A stretch of DNA of 53,982 bases from Pseudomonadota bacterium (GTDB lineage: Bacteria > Pseudomonadota > Alphaproteobacteria > SP197): NCBI GenBank assembly GCA_027592745.1, contig JAQCLG010000003.1, forward strand, positions 1 through 53,982. Direction: 5' to 3'. The first letter of the stretch is position 1; each line of letters begins with the position of its first letter. This document shows positions 1 through 9,759 of this stretch, piece after piece. The notes under the pieces are model-generated. The model made no database searches. It was given only the letters and a program-made list of their open reading frames with translations, and had not been told where the DNA came from. The position numbers and the translations under genes are program-made.

Positions 1-303
1 GACCGTCCAGACGGTCGCCGCGCTGCGCGCGCAGACCAGGTCCAGCACGCCCGGCGCCACGGCAAGGGCATGGAGGCCGCGGCCGTCGACCGCGCGGCCC
101 TCGCCCAGTTCGGGCACGCCATGGTCGCGCGCGGCGATCGCCGGCAGGTCGGCGAGGAAACCTGCAGCGGCCTCGCCATGAGCGATCTGGGAGATCACGA
201 CCAGCCGGGCGGCCTGGTCGACCGCGCCGCCGGGGAAGCCGGCCGCGACCAGGGCGCGTGCGGCCCAGACCTGGAGCTCCAGAAGGGCGACCGGCGTCGT
301 CAT
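1..303 (-). CDS. DUF3726-like protein (runs off the window edge)
   Basis: ATG at 303 overlaps the dipeptidase stop (ATGA). Translation MTTPVALLELQVWAARALVAAGFPGGAVDQAARLVV... resembles the helical N-terminus of DUF3726/Ldh_2-like proteins. Open to position 1; not in the ORF track. Confidence 0.55.
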   Translation of the reverse strand, partial: MTTPVALLELQVWAARALVAAGFPGGAVDQAARLVVISQIAHGEAAAGFLADLPAIAARDHGVPELGEGRAVDGRGLHALAVAPGVLDLVCARSAATVWTV

Positions 304-1298
304 GCCGGGGCGAAGCCTGCGCGGAAGAACTCCAGCCAGTTGCGCCCCATGACGCGCGCCACCTCGTCCTCGCTGAAACCCTTGTCGAGCAGGCCCTGCG
401 TGATGTTGGGGAAGTCGGCCGGGGTGCGGAACCAGGCCGGATAGTCGGGCCAGCCGCCGCCCGCACTCCTGGCCTCGCCGCTGTCGAGTTCCTTGGACCA
501 GCGGCCCGAGCGCATCCAGTCGAGGTACTCCCGGCTGTGCTTGCGGCACATGTCCGAGCCGATGCCGACATGTTCGATGCCCATGAGTTCCACCGTGTCG
601 GCGATCATGGCGCAGAACTTCTCGAGCGGCGTGTCGGAGCCGCCGATATGGAAGGGATAGGTCGAGAATCCCAGCATGCCGCCGCTCTCGGCCAGGGCCT
701 TGATCAGGGTATCGGACTTGTTGCGGATGCCGTGGTGGAAGCTCAGCGGATTGGCATGGGTGATGGCGACGGGGCGCTCGCTGATCTCGATCGCCTGGAG
801 CGAGGTGAACTCGGCCGAATGGCTGAGGTCGATCAGCATGCCGACCCGGTTCATCTCCCTGATCACCTCGCGGCCGAAGCGGCTGATGCCGGCATCGACC
901 TTCTCGTAGCAGCCCGCGCCGATCAGGCTCTGGTTGTTGTAGGTGAGCTGCATGATCTTGACGCCCAGCTCGTTGAAGACCTGGACCAGCGCCAGGTCGT
1001 CCTCGATGGGCGAGCAGTTCTGCAGGCCGAAGACGATGGCGACCTTGCCGGCCTGCTTGGCCTGCTCGATGTCCTGCGCACTGCGGGCAGGCATGACGAG
1101 GTCGCCGTGGCGCTCGAACAGGCGGTGCCATTCGCCAATGCGGTCCAGCGTGGTACGGGCGTCCTCCCAGTAGACCAGGGTGACGTTGACCGCGGTGACG
1201 CCGCCCGCGTGCAGTTCCTCGAGCGTCTCCCGGTCCCAGGCGCTGGCCTGCAGAGCATCGATCACGATCAGGCTGTCGTGCAGGGCGCGCGCGTTCAT
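300..1298 (-). CDS. Membrane/renal dipeptidase family (peptidase M19) amidohydrolase, 332 aa
   Basis: MNARALHDSLIVIDALQ start; QLTYNNQSLIGAGC, MNRVGMLIDLSHS, ITHAN, EHVGIGSD and VMGRNW motifs; ATGA overlap with the upstream gene. Confidence 0.9.
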   Translation of the reverse strand: MNARALHDSLIVIDALQASAWDRETLEELHAGGVTAVNVTLVYWEDARTTLDRIGEWHRLFERHGDLVMPARSAQDIEQAKQAGKVAIVFGLQNCSPIEDDLALVQVFNELGVKIMQLTYNNQSLIGAGCYEKVDAGISRFGREVIREMNRVGMLIDLSHSAEFTSLQAIEISERPVAITHANPLSFHHGIRNKSDTLIKALAESGGMLGFSTYPFHIGGSDTPLEKFCAMIADTVELMGIEHVGIGSDMCRKHSREYLDWMRSGRWSKELDSGEARSAGGGWPDYPAWFRTPADFPNITQGLLDKGFSEDEVARVMGRNWLEFFRAGFAPA

Positions 1299-3049
1299 GG
1301 TTCCTCCGTTGCCGGTTCGAGCGGATAGATCCAGTCGTCCTCGCGGCCCGCCGCCAGGTCCTCGGCGATCGGGGCGCCCTGCAGGAAGGTGCCGCGCACC
1401 CACAGGCTGGACCGCGGATCGAAATCCTCCATGCCCAGCAGGGAAAGGGCGAAGCGGATCAGGTGGAAGGGCTGGAAGCGGGCGTGGCTGACATGGCCGC
1501 GGATTTCGCCGTAGGACAGCCCGGCCAGGCTCTGCACCCGTTCGGCCATGAAGCGGTGGCCGGGATGGCGCAGCAGGAACTCCGCCGTCGTCATGGCGCC
1601 CGGCTGCTTCTCGACGTCGGCGAGCAGGGCCTGGACCGCGCCGGGAACGTCGACGAAGGCCTCGTGTTCGTCGCCGGGATCGACACCGCGTTCGCCCAGG
1701 CGCGGCTCGACGTTCTCGTCGGAGTAGTACCAGAAGTGATGGCGCGCCTGTGGCCCGGCGACATCGATGGCCAGCGCCCAGCCGTAGTCGCGCCGGATCA
1801 GGCCGGCAAGATCGGCCAACGACATCGCCGGATCGCTGTCGTTGGCGAAGTCGCCGGGCACCGCCGCCAGGCGGGCCAGGGCAAAGGCGCGCTCGGGGTA
1901 AAGCTCGATCAGCAGGGAGTGCAGCAGTTCCAGGCTCTCGCGGTTGCAGTGCTCGCCGGCCCAGGCCTCCAGCGTCTGCCAGGGGAGCAGGGCCTCGGCA
2001 CCGCACATGGTGCCTTCGGCGCCGAAGATGGCGACGGCGTCGCGCAGCCGGCCGAGGTCCTCGCGCAGCACCGAGGAGGGCGCGTACATCGCCCTGCCGC
2101 TGCGGTCGTGCAGGGTGAAGTAGGCGATGCAGCGATCGATCAGGCCGAGGAGCCGTGCCACCTCGGGCGCAGCGGGCGCGACCGGTTCGCCCAGGGCGTG
2201 GGCGATCGCCAGTTCGCGCATGACGACCCAGGCGTGGATGCGCTTGGGGTGGGCGATGACGAAGGGCACCATGCCCAGGCCCGAGGCATTGCCCATGCCC
2301 AGATGGCGCTTGAGCGCGGGTGAGAAGGTCGCGGCCTGCGGGTTGCGGCAGCGGGCCAGGTGCTCGGCCAGGACGCAGCCGAAGTGGCGCCACATGTAGA
2401 GCGTCAGCATCTCGCCCGAATAGGGATGGCTCAGCGGATGTTCGGGGGCAAAGCCCGGGAAGATCGCGGTGCCGTGGCGGCCGTTGCCCCAGAAGCCGTT
2501 GTTGCGCAGCAGGTAACCGCCGGGGATGCGCGGCTGGCGGCCCTGCGCCAGGGCATCGACCGCGCCGTCGAAGGCCGAGGCGCTGCGGTTCATGCGGGTC
2601 AGGCCGATGACGCAGGGGCCGGCGCGGCCTAGCACGAAGTTGGCGCTTTCGCCGCGCATGACCTCGATATGGTCGCGGTCGATCTCGCCCTGGCCGAGGT
2701 AACCGACGCCGTCGTAGCGGCTGCCCACGATGCGCTCGGACTTCTCCGCCTCGGGCAGGTTGTCGGCAAAGACGACGAAGTGGAGCGGGCGTTCGGCGGT
2801 CGCGATGCGGAAGGCCGCCGTGCCCCTGCCCTCCGCGTCGATCTCCCAGATCGCCGTGGTGATCGTCCAGCGCTCCTCAACCATGCGGCGGATCAGGACG
2901 CGGGCGAAGGAGAGCGCAGAGGCCTTGGTCGCCGACAGCGCCTCGGCCGTGGTCACGTTCTCGGGCGGGCGGATCGCGACCGGCGGATCGAGCAGTGCCG
3001 GATCGACCTGATCGGGCAGCCAGACTCCGCGGGTGGCGATGGCGGTCAT
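1295..3049 (-). CDS. Conserved uncharacterised protein, 584 aa
   Basis: Start MTAIATRG lies 10 bp after the hisD-like stop. Enzyme-like conserved segments GYLLRNNGFWGNGRHG, LGMGNASGLGMVPF, FWYYSDENVEPRLGER and WVRGTFLQGAP. Coupled to the M19 gene. Confidence 0.8.
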   Translation of the reverse strand: MTAIATRGVWLPDQVDPALLDPPVAIRPPENVTTAEALSATKASALSFARVLIRRMVEERWTITTAIWEIDAEGRGTAAFRIATAERPLHFVVFADNLPEAEKSERIVGSRYDGVGYLGQGEIDRDHIEVMRGESANFVLGRAGPCVIGLTRMNRSASAFDGAVDALAQGRQPRIPGGYLLRNNGFWGNGRHGTAIFPGFAPEHPLSHPYSGEMLTLYMWRHFGCVLAEHLARCRNPQAATFSPALKRHLGMGNASGLGMVPFVIAHPKRIHAWVVMRELAIAHALGEPVAPAAPEVARLLGLIDRCIAYFTLHDRSGRAMYAPSSVLREDLGRLRDAVAIFGAEGTMCGAEALLPWQTLEAWAGEHCNRESLELLHSLLIELYPERAFALARLAAVPGDFANDSDPAMSLADLAGLIRRDYGWALAIDVAGPQARHHFWYYSDENVEPRLGERGVDPGDEHEAFVDVPGAVQALLADVEKQPGAMTTAEFLLRHPGHRFMAERVQSLAGLSYGEIRGHVSHARFQPFHLIRFALSLLGMEDFDPRSSLWVRGTFLQGAPIAEDLAAGREDDWIYPLEPATEEP

Positions 3050-3059
3050 GGCAGCGCGC

Positions 3060-4376
3060 TCAACTCTCGTTGCGCGCGGTGATGGCCAGCGCGTGGGCAT
3101 CGAAGCCCTCGTAGCGGGCGAAGGCCTCGGTCTGGGCGGAAAGGCGCCGGTAGCCGCCGGCCGAGACATCGGCGATCGACTGGCGCTTCATGTAGTCGAG
3201 CACGCCCAGCGCCGAATGGGTCGCGGCCATGCCGCCGGTCGGCAGCACGGCGTTGACGCCGATCATGAAGTTGGCCATGGAAAACGGCGCATCCTGGCCC
3301 AGCAGGAGTTCGCCCGCGTTGACGATGCCGGGCACCCAGTCCCAGGCGCGGGTGCTGGCGATCTGGAGATGTTCGGGCGCGAAGGCGTTGGCGAAGGCCA
3401 GGGCGTCCTCGCCGTCGCGGGCGACGACGAGGCCGCCGTTGACGCCCAGCGCCAGCCCAGCCCATTCCCTGCGTTCGGGACCCAGGCGGCCGAGCAGCGT
3501 GACGACATGATCGGCGACGGTGGCCGCGAAGGCCTCGTCCAGGCAGACCAGGAAGGTCGTGGAATCGGGCCCGTGTTCGGCCTCGACCAGCAGGTCGAGC
3601 GCGACGCGGAAGGGATCGGCGGTCTCGTCGGCCAGCACCATGCTCTCGGAGGGCCCCGCCGGCGGCCCCGGCGCGATGGCCTCGGCGCAGAGTTGCATGG
3701 CGGCACCCACCCAGGGCGAACCCGGCCCGACGATCTTGCGGCACTTCGGCACGGTCTGCGTGCCGTAGGCGACGGCCGCGACCCCCTGGGCGCCGCCGGC
3801 CAGGTAGATCTCGGAAACCCCGGCCTCGCGCGCGGCGACCATGGTGCCGGCGTCGCACCTGCCGCCCGGCCCGGGCGGCGTGACGATCACGACACGGGGG
3901 ACGCCCGCGACCATGGCCGGGATCGTCGTCATGAGGGAGACCGAGGGAAAGGCCCCCTTGCCGCGCGGCACGTAACAGGCGACCGCCTCGATCGGGACGT
4001 AGCGGTCGCCGGCCAGCACGCCGGGACGCACGGCGGTGAGTTCCAGGCTGTCGGGCTTCTGGCGTTCGTGGACCAGCGCGATGTTGCTGGCAGCCTCGCG
4101 GATCGCGGCGACGACGTCGGCGGGCACGTCGTCATAGGCCGCATCGATGTCGGCCTTGCTGACGCGGATGCGCTCCGGGCTCATCTCGACCTTGTCGAAG
4201 TCGCTGGCAAAGCGGACCAGCGCGGCATCGCCCTCGGCCCGCACGGCATCGACGATCGGGCGGGCGCGGGCCACGAACTCGGCAAGATCGATCACGCCGC
4301 GCCGGACCAGGGCCTCGCGTTCCCCTGCGGCAAGACGGTCGAGATGTAGGATGCGCGGGCGGCGCGCCTGCGTCAT
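3060..4376 (-). CDS. Histidinol dehydrogenase-family paralog with altered active site
   Basis: HisD fold motifs YVPRGK, GGAQ, KIVGPG, AGPSE, EAEHGPDS, APEHL and AHA are present, but ANFMIGVNAVLPT replaces the canonical GDYxxGxNHVLPT. Confidence 0.88.
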   Translation of the reverse strand: MTQARRPRILHLDRLAAGEREALVRRGVIDLAEFVARARPIVDAVRAEGDAALVRFASDFDKVEMSPERIRVSKADIDAAYDDVPADVVAAIREAASNIALVHERQKPDSLELTAVRPGVLAGDRYVPIEAVACYVPRGKGAFPSVSLMTTIPAMVAGVPRVVIVTPPGPGGRCDAGTMVAAREAGVSEIYLAGGAQGVAAVAYGTQTVPKCRKIVGPGSPWVGAAMQLCAEAIAPGPPAGPSESMVLADETADPFRVALDLLVEAEHGPDSTTFLVCLDEAFAATVADHVVTLLGRLGPERREWAGLALGVNGGLVVARDGEDALAFANAFAPEHLQIASTRAWDWVPGIVNAGELLLGQDAPFSMANFMIGVNAVLPTGGMAATHSALGVLDYMKRQSIADVSAGGYRRLSAQTEAFARYEGFDAHALAITARNES

Positions 4377-4425
4377 GTCGGACTCCCGTTGGCCAGTGGC
4401 CGGGGTTCTAGACGAGCCGGGCGCC

Positions 4426-4830
4426 TCAGGAAAGGCTCTCGTCCTTGTCGGGGTCGATGCCCAGTTCGGTGAAGACCTTGCGGGCGATGCGGAAGGACTC
4501 CACCGCGGCGGGGGCGCCGCAATAGACGCCGATCTGCATCAGGGTGTCGCGCAGCGCCGCCAGGGTGCAGCCGTTGGCGATGGCGCCCTTGAAGTGCAGC
4601 TCGAACTCGTGGCTGCGCCCCAGGGCCGCGGTCATGCAGAGGTTGTTGAGGCTACGCTGCCTGTCGTCGATGCCCGGCCGGCTCCAGATCGCGCCCCAGC
4701 AGTATTCGGTGAGCAGGGTCTGGAAGTCGCGGTTGAAGGCATCGGCGCCCTGGATCGCGCGGTCGACGTAGTCGGCGCCCAGCACCTTCCTGCGGTTGGC
4801 AAGGCCCTTGTCGAAGAGGTCGGAGGTCAT
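4426..4830 (-). CDS. Carboxymuconolactone decarboxylase (CMD/AhpD) family protein
   Basis: FDKGLANRRKVLG, YCWGAIWSRPG, RSL and ELHFKGA...YCGAP are typical of PcaC-like proteins. Confidence 0.88.
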   Translation of the reverse strand: MTSDLFDKGLANRRKVLGADYVDRAIQGADAFNRDFQTLLTEYCWGAIWSRPGIDDRQRSLNNLCMTAALGRSHEFELHFKGAIANGCTLAALRDTLMQIGVYCGAPAAVESFRIARKVFTELGIDPDKDESLS

Positions 4831-4884
4831 GGTCGGTTCCCGTTGCGTTGGTGGCACGCACCATAGGGCCGGCGGCGAGCCCCG

Positions 4885-5526
4885 TCAGCCCGGCCGGTAG
4901 TGCGCGAACTTCGCCAGCGCCTCGCCCATCTGGGCGCGAGTCAGCAGCTTGGGCCCGCCGGCCTGAAGCGCCAGCAGATACTGATGCGCCAGGGTCTCGA
5001 CCTCGACCGCCAGGGCCAGGGCCGCGTCGAGATCGGCGCCCAGGGCGATCATGCCGTGGTTGGCGAGCAGGCAGGCCTTGCGGCCCATCAGGGCGGCAAG
5101 CGCGTGGTCGGAGAGTTCCTGGGTGCCGTAGGTGGCGTAGGGCGCACAGCGGATGTCCTCGCCGCCGGCCAGGGCGACCATGTAGTGAAAGCGCGGGATC
5201 GGCTTCCTCAGGCAGGCCAGCGCGGTGGCGTGCACCGCATGGGTGTGGACCACCGCCCCGGCGTCGGGGCGGGCGGCATAGATGTCGCGGTGGAAGCGCC
5301 ATTCGCTCGACGGCCGGCGGCTGCCGCGATGCCCGCCGTCGAGGGTCATGGCAACGATGTCGTCGGGGGTCGTGGCCTCGCAGGGCAGCGCCGTGGGCGT
5401 GATGAGGAAGCCCTTGCCGGCGCGCACGCTGACATTGCCCGAGCTGCCCTGGTTGATGCCCAGGCCGTTCATGGCACACGCCGCCGCGACCACGGCGCGG
5501 CGCAGGGCGGCATGGTCACGCGGCAC
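4885..5526 (-). CDS. Class II aldolase (FucA-like; probable 5-(methylthio)/5-deoxy-ribulose-1-phosphate aldolase)
   Basis: [24 protein letters not shown] and LLANHG Zn-aldolase motifs; overlaps the mtnA stop. Confidence 0.9.
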   Translation of the reverse strand: MPRDHAALRRAVVAAACAMNGLGINQGSSGNVSVRAGKGFLITPTALPCEATTPDDIVAMTLDGGHRGSRRPSSEWRFHRDIYAARPDAGAVVHTHAVHATALACLRKPIPRFHYMVALAGGEDIRCAPYATYGTQELSDHALAALMGRKACLLANHGMIALGADLDAALALAVEVETLAHQYLLALQAGGPKLLTRAQMGEALAKFAHYRPG

Positions 5527-6607
5527 GGGCGTGCTCCGGAAACAGGGCGGCCAGCCCCTCGGCGGTCGCCGGGGCGATGCCGCGTTCGGTGATCAGGCCG
5601 CTGACCAGGCGGGCCGGCGTCACGTCGAAGGCCGGGTTGGCGACCGGCGAGGCCTGCGGCGGCAGCAGCACGCGGGCGAGCTCACCGTCCTCGGTGAGGC
5701 CGGTGACGTGGGAGACCTCCTCGCCGGCGCGTTCCTCGATGGGAATGTCGGCGCCGTCCCGCAGGCTCCAGTCGATGGTCGGCGAGGGCAGGCAGACGTA
5801 GAAGGGCACGCCGTTGTCGTGGGCCGCCAGCGCCTTCAGGTAGGTGCCGATCTTGTTGCAGACATCGCCCGTCGCGGTGGTGCGGTCGGTGCCCACGAAA
5901 CAGAGGTCGACGCGGCCGTGCTGCATCAGGTGTCCCCCGGCGTTGTCGACGATGACGGTATGGGGCACGCCGTGGCGGCCCAGTTCCCACGCGGTCAGCG
6001 CCGCCCCCTGGTTGCGCGGCCGCGTCTCGTCGACCCAGACATGGACCGGGATGCCGGCATCGTGGGCCAGGTAGATCGGCGCCGTGGCGGTGCCCATGTC
6101 GACGGTGGCGAGCCAGCCGGCATTGCAATGGGTGAGGATGTTGACGGTGTCGCCGCGCGCCTCGGGGGCCTGCCGCACCAGGGCCAGGCCGTGTTCGCCG
6201 ATGGCGGTGTTGATCGCGACATCCTCGTCGCAGACCGCGGCGGCGCGGGCGAAGGCGGCAGGCGCGCGGCGATCCGGCGCCAGGGCGGCCAGGCGCTGGG
6301 TCATGTCGTCAAGCGCCCAGCGCAGGTTGACCGCGGTCGGGCGCGTCGCCATCAGCCGTGCGCGCGCCGCGGCAAGGGCGGCATCGGAGGGATCGTCGCG
6401 CATCGCCAGTGCCATGCCGTAGGCCGCCGTGGCGCCGATCAGCGGCGCCCCGCGCACCAGCATGGCGGCAATGGCGTGGGCCGCGGCAGCGACATCCTCC
6501 AGCACGACCGTCTCGAAGCGATGGGGCAGCCGGGTCTGGTCGATGATCGCCACCCTGCCGTCACCGTCGCGCCAGATCGTGCGATGGGGTCTGCCGTCGA
6601 TCTTCAT
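5516..6607 (-). CDS. mtnA: S-methyl-5-thioribose-1-phosphate isomerase
   Basis: MKIDG start with GGGAG RBS; [47 protein letters not shown] and NPAFDVTP. Confidence 0.95.
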   Translation of the reverse strand: MKIDGRPHRTIWRDGDGRVAIIDQTRLPHRFETVVLEDVAAAAHAIAAMLVRGAPLIGATAAYGMALAMRDDPSDAALAAARARLMATRPTAVNLRWALDDMTQRLAALAPDRRAPAAFARAAAVCDEDVAINTAIGEHGLALVRQAPEARGDTVNILTHCNAGWLATVDMGTATAPIYLAHDAGIPVHVWVDETRPRNQGAALTAWELGRHGVPHTVIVDNAGGHLMQHGRVDLCFVGTDRTTATGDVCNKIGTYLKALAAHDNGVPFYVCLPSPTIDWSLRDGADIPIEERAGEEVSHVTGLTEDGELARVLLPPQASPVANPAFDVTPARLVSGLITERGIAPATAEGLAALFPEHARAA

Positions 6608-6957
6608 GGCCTTGTCTCCCTGCCGGCCCCACAGTAACGCCGGAAGCCGCCATGCCCAATGCCATGCGACCGCACCATGACCAAGGCCGTCCTTGCCGTT
6701 GGCTCCCTTTGGATCGAGGGCCTTCGTCGTGCCGGCCGGCAACCGGTGCACGTCCACTGCCGATCCGATCGTTCGGAAGGCCGAACCAAAGGTCTTCGTG
6801 GGGATTGTGGGGCTTTGGCGAACCCGTTCATGCGATGGATTCGGAGAATCGGATTCGGGCATTTGTGGCAGTGGGTTACGCCGAATTGGGTTCGGTCGGC
6901 AGGAAATGCACTCGGCGGGAAATCGGGTTGTAAAACTATAAGGTTATACTCTTTTTT

Positions 6958-7093
6958 GTCACCCCCCGGCTTGATCCCCGGATCAAGTACGGGGACAGGG
7001 TCCATGCTGTGGTCTCGCCGGGGGCAGCACGGTGTGCCGTGGCGCTTGCCGGTCCGTTACAGCATGGATCGTCCGGTCAAGCCGGACGATGAC
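6958..7093. repeat. Palindromic REP-like element
   Basis: Nested inverted repeats CCGGCTTGA (6966)/TCAAGCCGG (7077) and TCCATGCTGT (7001)/ACAGCATGGA (7059); GTCA...TGAC ends typical of alphaproteobacterial palindromic repeats. Confidence 0.7.
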
Positions 7094-7173
7094 AATGGGG
7101 GTGTTGGTTGGGCCAGACCGTGCTGTGGCCTTGCCGGAGGGCAGCGCGGTGCGCCGTGGCGCTTGTCGGCCCG
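7004..7173. repeat. Imperfect ~53-bp direct repeat (7004-7056 and 7120-7173)
   Basis: atgctgtggtctcgccgggggcagcacggtgtgccgtggcgcttgccggtccg versus gtgctgtggccttgccggagggcagcgcggtgcgccgtggcgcttgtcggcccg. Confidence 0.7.
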
Positions 7174-7211
7174 GAAACGAAAGCGCCCCGGGCCGTGGCG
7201 GACCGGGGCGC
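7174..7211 (-). terminator. Probable intrinsic terminator of the VOC gene
   Basis: Stem GCGCCCCGG (7183-7191)/CCGGGGCGC (7203-7211), followed on the minus strand by TTTCGTTTC. Confidence 0.6.
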
Positions 7212-7231
7212 GAAGGTTCGAGCGGATATTG

Positions 7232-7531
7232 TTACTTGGACTTGCCGTAGGTCATGGCGACGGCGGCGGCCGGTTCCAGGCGCCTCCTGGTCGCGACATA
7301 ACCCCTGGCGGCGAAGGCGATGTGGTCGAGCGCACCGGTCGTGGCCGCCGGCTTGCGGCTCGCCACGGAGATGTGGACGAGCGGCGCATCGTCGGCATAA
7401 AGCCAGGCGCCCGGCGCATCGAACGGCGGCCGGAAACCCTGCTTGAAGCCCAGGACCTTGCTGTAGAAGGCCACGCAGCGCTCGAGGTCGTGCGTGCGGA
7501 TGTTGATGTGATCGACACCGTGGATGCTCAT
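7232..7531 (-). pseudogene. VOC/glyoxalase family protein, probably C-terminally truncated (99 aa)
   Basis: MSIHGVDHINIRTHDLE..FY..VLG, RPPFDAPGAWLY and LDHIAF are present. The usual final QxFxxDPxGxxIEL strand pair is missing; the protein ends AAAVAMTYGKSK. Confidence 0.6.
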
Positions 7532-7671
7532 CTGCGTCTCCCCTGTGGCCGCGGCCGGCATTCTAGTGGGTTCCCGCGCGGTTGACAGGGGGCGGCCGAT
7601 GCAAGAGGTTCTGCCCGCCCAAGACCGGCCCATCCCGGCGCCCGGAGTTCGATCCATGGCCGACGACCATC

Positions 7672-8556
7672 ATGCCCAGCCCAACGCAAGAACCGATCAT
7701 CCGTCTGGGCCTGCCCAAGGGCCGCATGCAGGAAGCCGTGTTCGACCTGCTGGAGCATGCCGGGATTCACATCACGGCAAGCGGGCGTAACGACCGCGAC
7801 TACCGTCCCAGGCTCTCGCTGCCCGGCTTCGAAGCCAAGCTGCTGAAGCCCCAGAACATCGTCGAGATGCTGCATGTCGGCAGCCGCGACCTGGGCTTTG
7901 CCGGCGCCGACTGGGTCGCCGAGAAGGGCGCCGAGCTGATCGAACTGCTCGACACCGAACTCGATCCGGTCAGCCTTGTCGCGGCCCTGCCCTCCAAGAT
8001 GCTGAACGACGGCGCCCTGCCCGACCAGCACCTGGTGGTGGCCAGCGAATACGAACGCCTGACGCGCAACTGGATCGCCGCGCGCGGCCTGGACGCCACC
8101 TTCGTGAGGAGCTACGGCGCGACCGAGGTGTTCCCGCCCGAGGATGCCGACTGCATCGTCGACAACACCGCCACGGGATCGACGCTGCGGGCCAACGGGC
8201 TGTCGATCGTCGACACGGTGATGACCTCCTCGACCCGGCTCTACGCCCATCCCTCCGCACTGGAATGCGCGACCAAGCGCGATTCGGTGGAGAGTTTCGT
8301 CACCATGGTGCGCTCGGTGCTCGATGCCCGCCGCCGGGTGATGGTCGAGGTCAACGTCTCGGCCGAGAACCTGGAGGCGGTGATCGAGGTGCTGCCCTGC
8401 ATGCGCGAACCCACGGTCTCGCCCCTGCACGGCGACGGCGGCTTTGCATTGAAGGCCGCCATTCCCCGCGAGATGCTCGCCCGCGTCATCCCCGAGATCA
8501 AGGCGCGCGGCGGCACCGATATCGTCGTCTTCCAGATCGGAAACATCGTCGCCTGA
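7672..8556 (+). CDS. hisG: ATP phosphoribosyltransferase, long form
   Basis: [28 protein letters not shown] and [10 protein letters not shown], plus the C-terminal regulatory domain (PTVSPL...KARGGTDI). Confidence 0.93.
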   Translation: MPSPTQEPIIRLGLPKGRMQEAVFDLLEHAGIHITASGRNDRDYRPRLSLPGFEAKLLKPQNIVEMLHVGSRDLGFAGADWVAEKGAELIELLDTELDPVSLVAALPSKMLNDGALPDQHLVVASEYERLTRNWIAARGLDATFVRSYGATEVFPPEDADCIVDNTATGSTLRANGLSIVDTVMTSSTRLYAHPSALECATKRDSVESFVTMVRSVLDARRRVMVEVNVSAENLEAVIEVLPCMREPTVSPLHGDGGFALKAAIPREMLARVIPEIKARGGTDIVVFQIGNIVA

Positions 8557-8566
8557 GGCAGAAGCC

Positions 8567-9154
8567 ATGACCGCGCGCTGCGCCACCGTCGTCCGCAAGA
8601 CCCGGGAAACCGACATCACGGTGACCGTCACCCTCGACGGCACCGGCAAGGCCGAGATTTCGACCGGCCTGCGTTTCCTCGACCATCTGCTCGACGGCCT
8701 GACCCGCCACAGCCGCATGGACGTCACGCTCTCGTGCACCGGCGACCTCGACATCGACGATCACCACACGGCCGAGGACTGCGCCCTGGCCCTGGGCCAG
8801 GCCTTCGACGAGGCGCTGGGCGACAAGCGCGGCATCGCCCGCTTCGGCCATGCCTACGCACCGCTCGACGAGGCCCTTGCCCGCGCCGTGCTCGACATTT
8901 CCGGGCGGCCCTATGCCTTCGTCGACCTCGGCCTGCGCCGTGAGAAGGTCGGCGACACGGCGAGCGAAATGATCGGCCATGCCCTGCAGTCCTTCGCCAT
9001 GGCCGCGAAGATCACCCTGCATGTCGAGCTGATCCGCGGCCAGAACGACCACCACCGCGCGGAGGCCGCCTTCAAGGCGCTGGCGCTCGCCCTGCGCATG
9101 GCGGTGGCGGCGGCCGGGCACGACGAGGTGCCCAGCACCAAGGGCGTGCTGTGA
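8567..9154 (+). CDS. hisB: Imidazoleglycerol-phosphate dehydratase
   Basis: [35 protein letters not shown] and PSTKGVL. Confidence 0.96.
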   Translation: MTARCATVVRKTRETDITVTVTLDGTGKAEISTGLRFLDHLLDGLTRHSRMDVTLSCTGDLDIDDHHTAEDCALALGQAFDEALGDKRGIARFGHAYAPLDEALARAVLDISGRPYAFVDLGLRREKVGDTASEMIGHALQSFAMAAKITLHVELIRGQNDHHRAEAAFKALALALRMAVAAAGHDEVPSTKGVL

Positions 9155-9759
9155 GCACGCCGCGCGAGGTCGTCGTCTGCCGCACCGGCACGGCCAACCT
9201 GGCCTCGGTCTTTGCCGGCCTGCGCCGGGCCGGCGGCACGCCGCGCATGGCCGAGACCGTCGCCGACATCGAGAACGCCGGCCACGTCATGCTGCCGGGC
9301 GTGGGTTCCTTCGGCCATGCCATGGAGACCCTGCGCGAGGCCGGCATGGTCGCGCCGCTGGTTGCCCGTTTCGCGGCGGGCCGGCCGACCATGGCGATCT
9401 GCGTCGGCTTGCAGCTGCTGTGTCTGAGCAGCGAGGAATCGCCCGGCGTCGAGGGCCTGGGCGTGATCGAGGCCGACGTCTTCCGTTTTCCAGAAAACGT
9501 GCGCGTGCCCCAGTTCGGCTGGAACCACGTCACGGCCAACACCGATTGCCGGCTGATCGCCAGCGGACATGCCTATTTCGCCAATTCCTACCGCCTGGCC
9601 GAACGGCCCAGCGGCTGGGCCGTGGCGATCGCCGAACACGGCGGCACCTTCGTTGCCGCCATGGAGCGGGGCGCGCTGGTGGCCTGCCAGTTCCATCCCG
9701 AGCTTTCGGGCGCCTACGGCCACGCCCTGCTCTCGCGCTGGATCGCCACGCCATGCTGA
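9151..9759 (+). CDS. hisH: Imidazole glycerol phosphate synthase glutaminase subunit
   Basis: LPGVGSF, ICVGLQ, VPQFGWN, YFANSY and QFHPE; GTGA overlap with hisB. Confidence 0.94.
   Translation: MSTPREVVVCRTGTANLASVFAGLRRAGGTPRMAETVADIENAGHVMLPGVGSFGHAMETLREAGMVAPLVARFAAGRPTMAICVGLQLLCLSSEESPGVEGLGVIEADVFRFPENVRVPQFGWNHVTANTDCRLIASGHAYFANSYRLAERPSGWAVAIAEHGGTFVAAMERGALVACQFHPELSGAYGHALLSRWIATPC

Noticed and set aside
3060-4376. Calling this the missing hisD of the nearby his operon, or hpsN
   Set aside because: It is on the opposite strand in a different operon, key histidinol-binding residues are changed, and no sulfonate-catabolism neighbours are present.
6608-6957. SAM riboswitch or ncRNA upstream of mtnA
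   Set aside because: I could not recognise SAM-II, SAM-alpha or SAM-SAH consensus elements by eye. An Infernal/Rfam scan would be decisive.
6958-7211. CRISPR array
   Set aside because: Only two imperfect copies, no regular spacers and no cas genes.
7582-7610. Sigma-70 promoter for hisG (TTGACA at 7582)
   Set aside because: The -35 box is perfect but there is no convincing -10 at 16-18 bp spacing; too weak to list.
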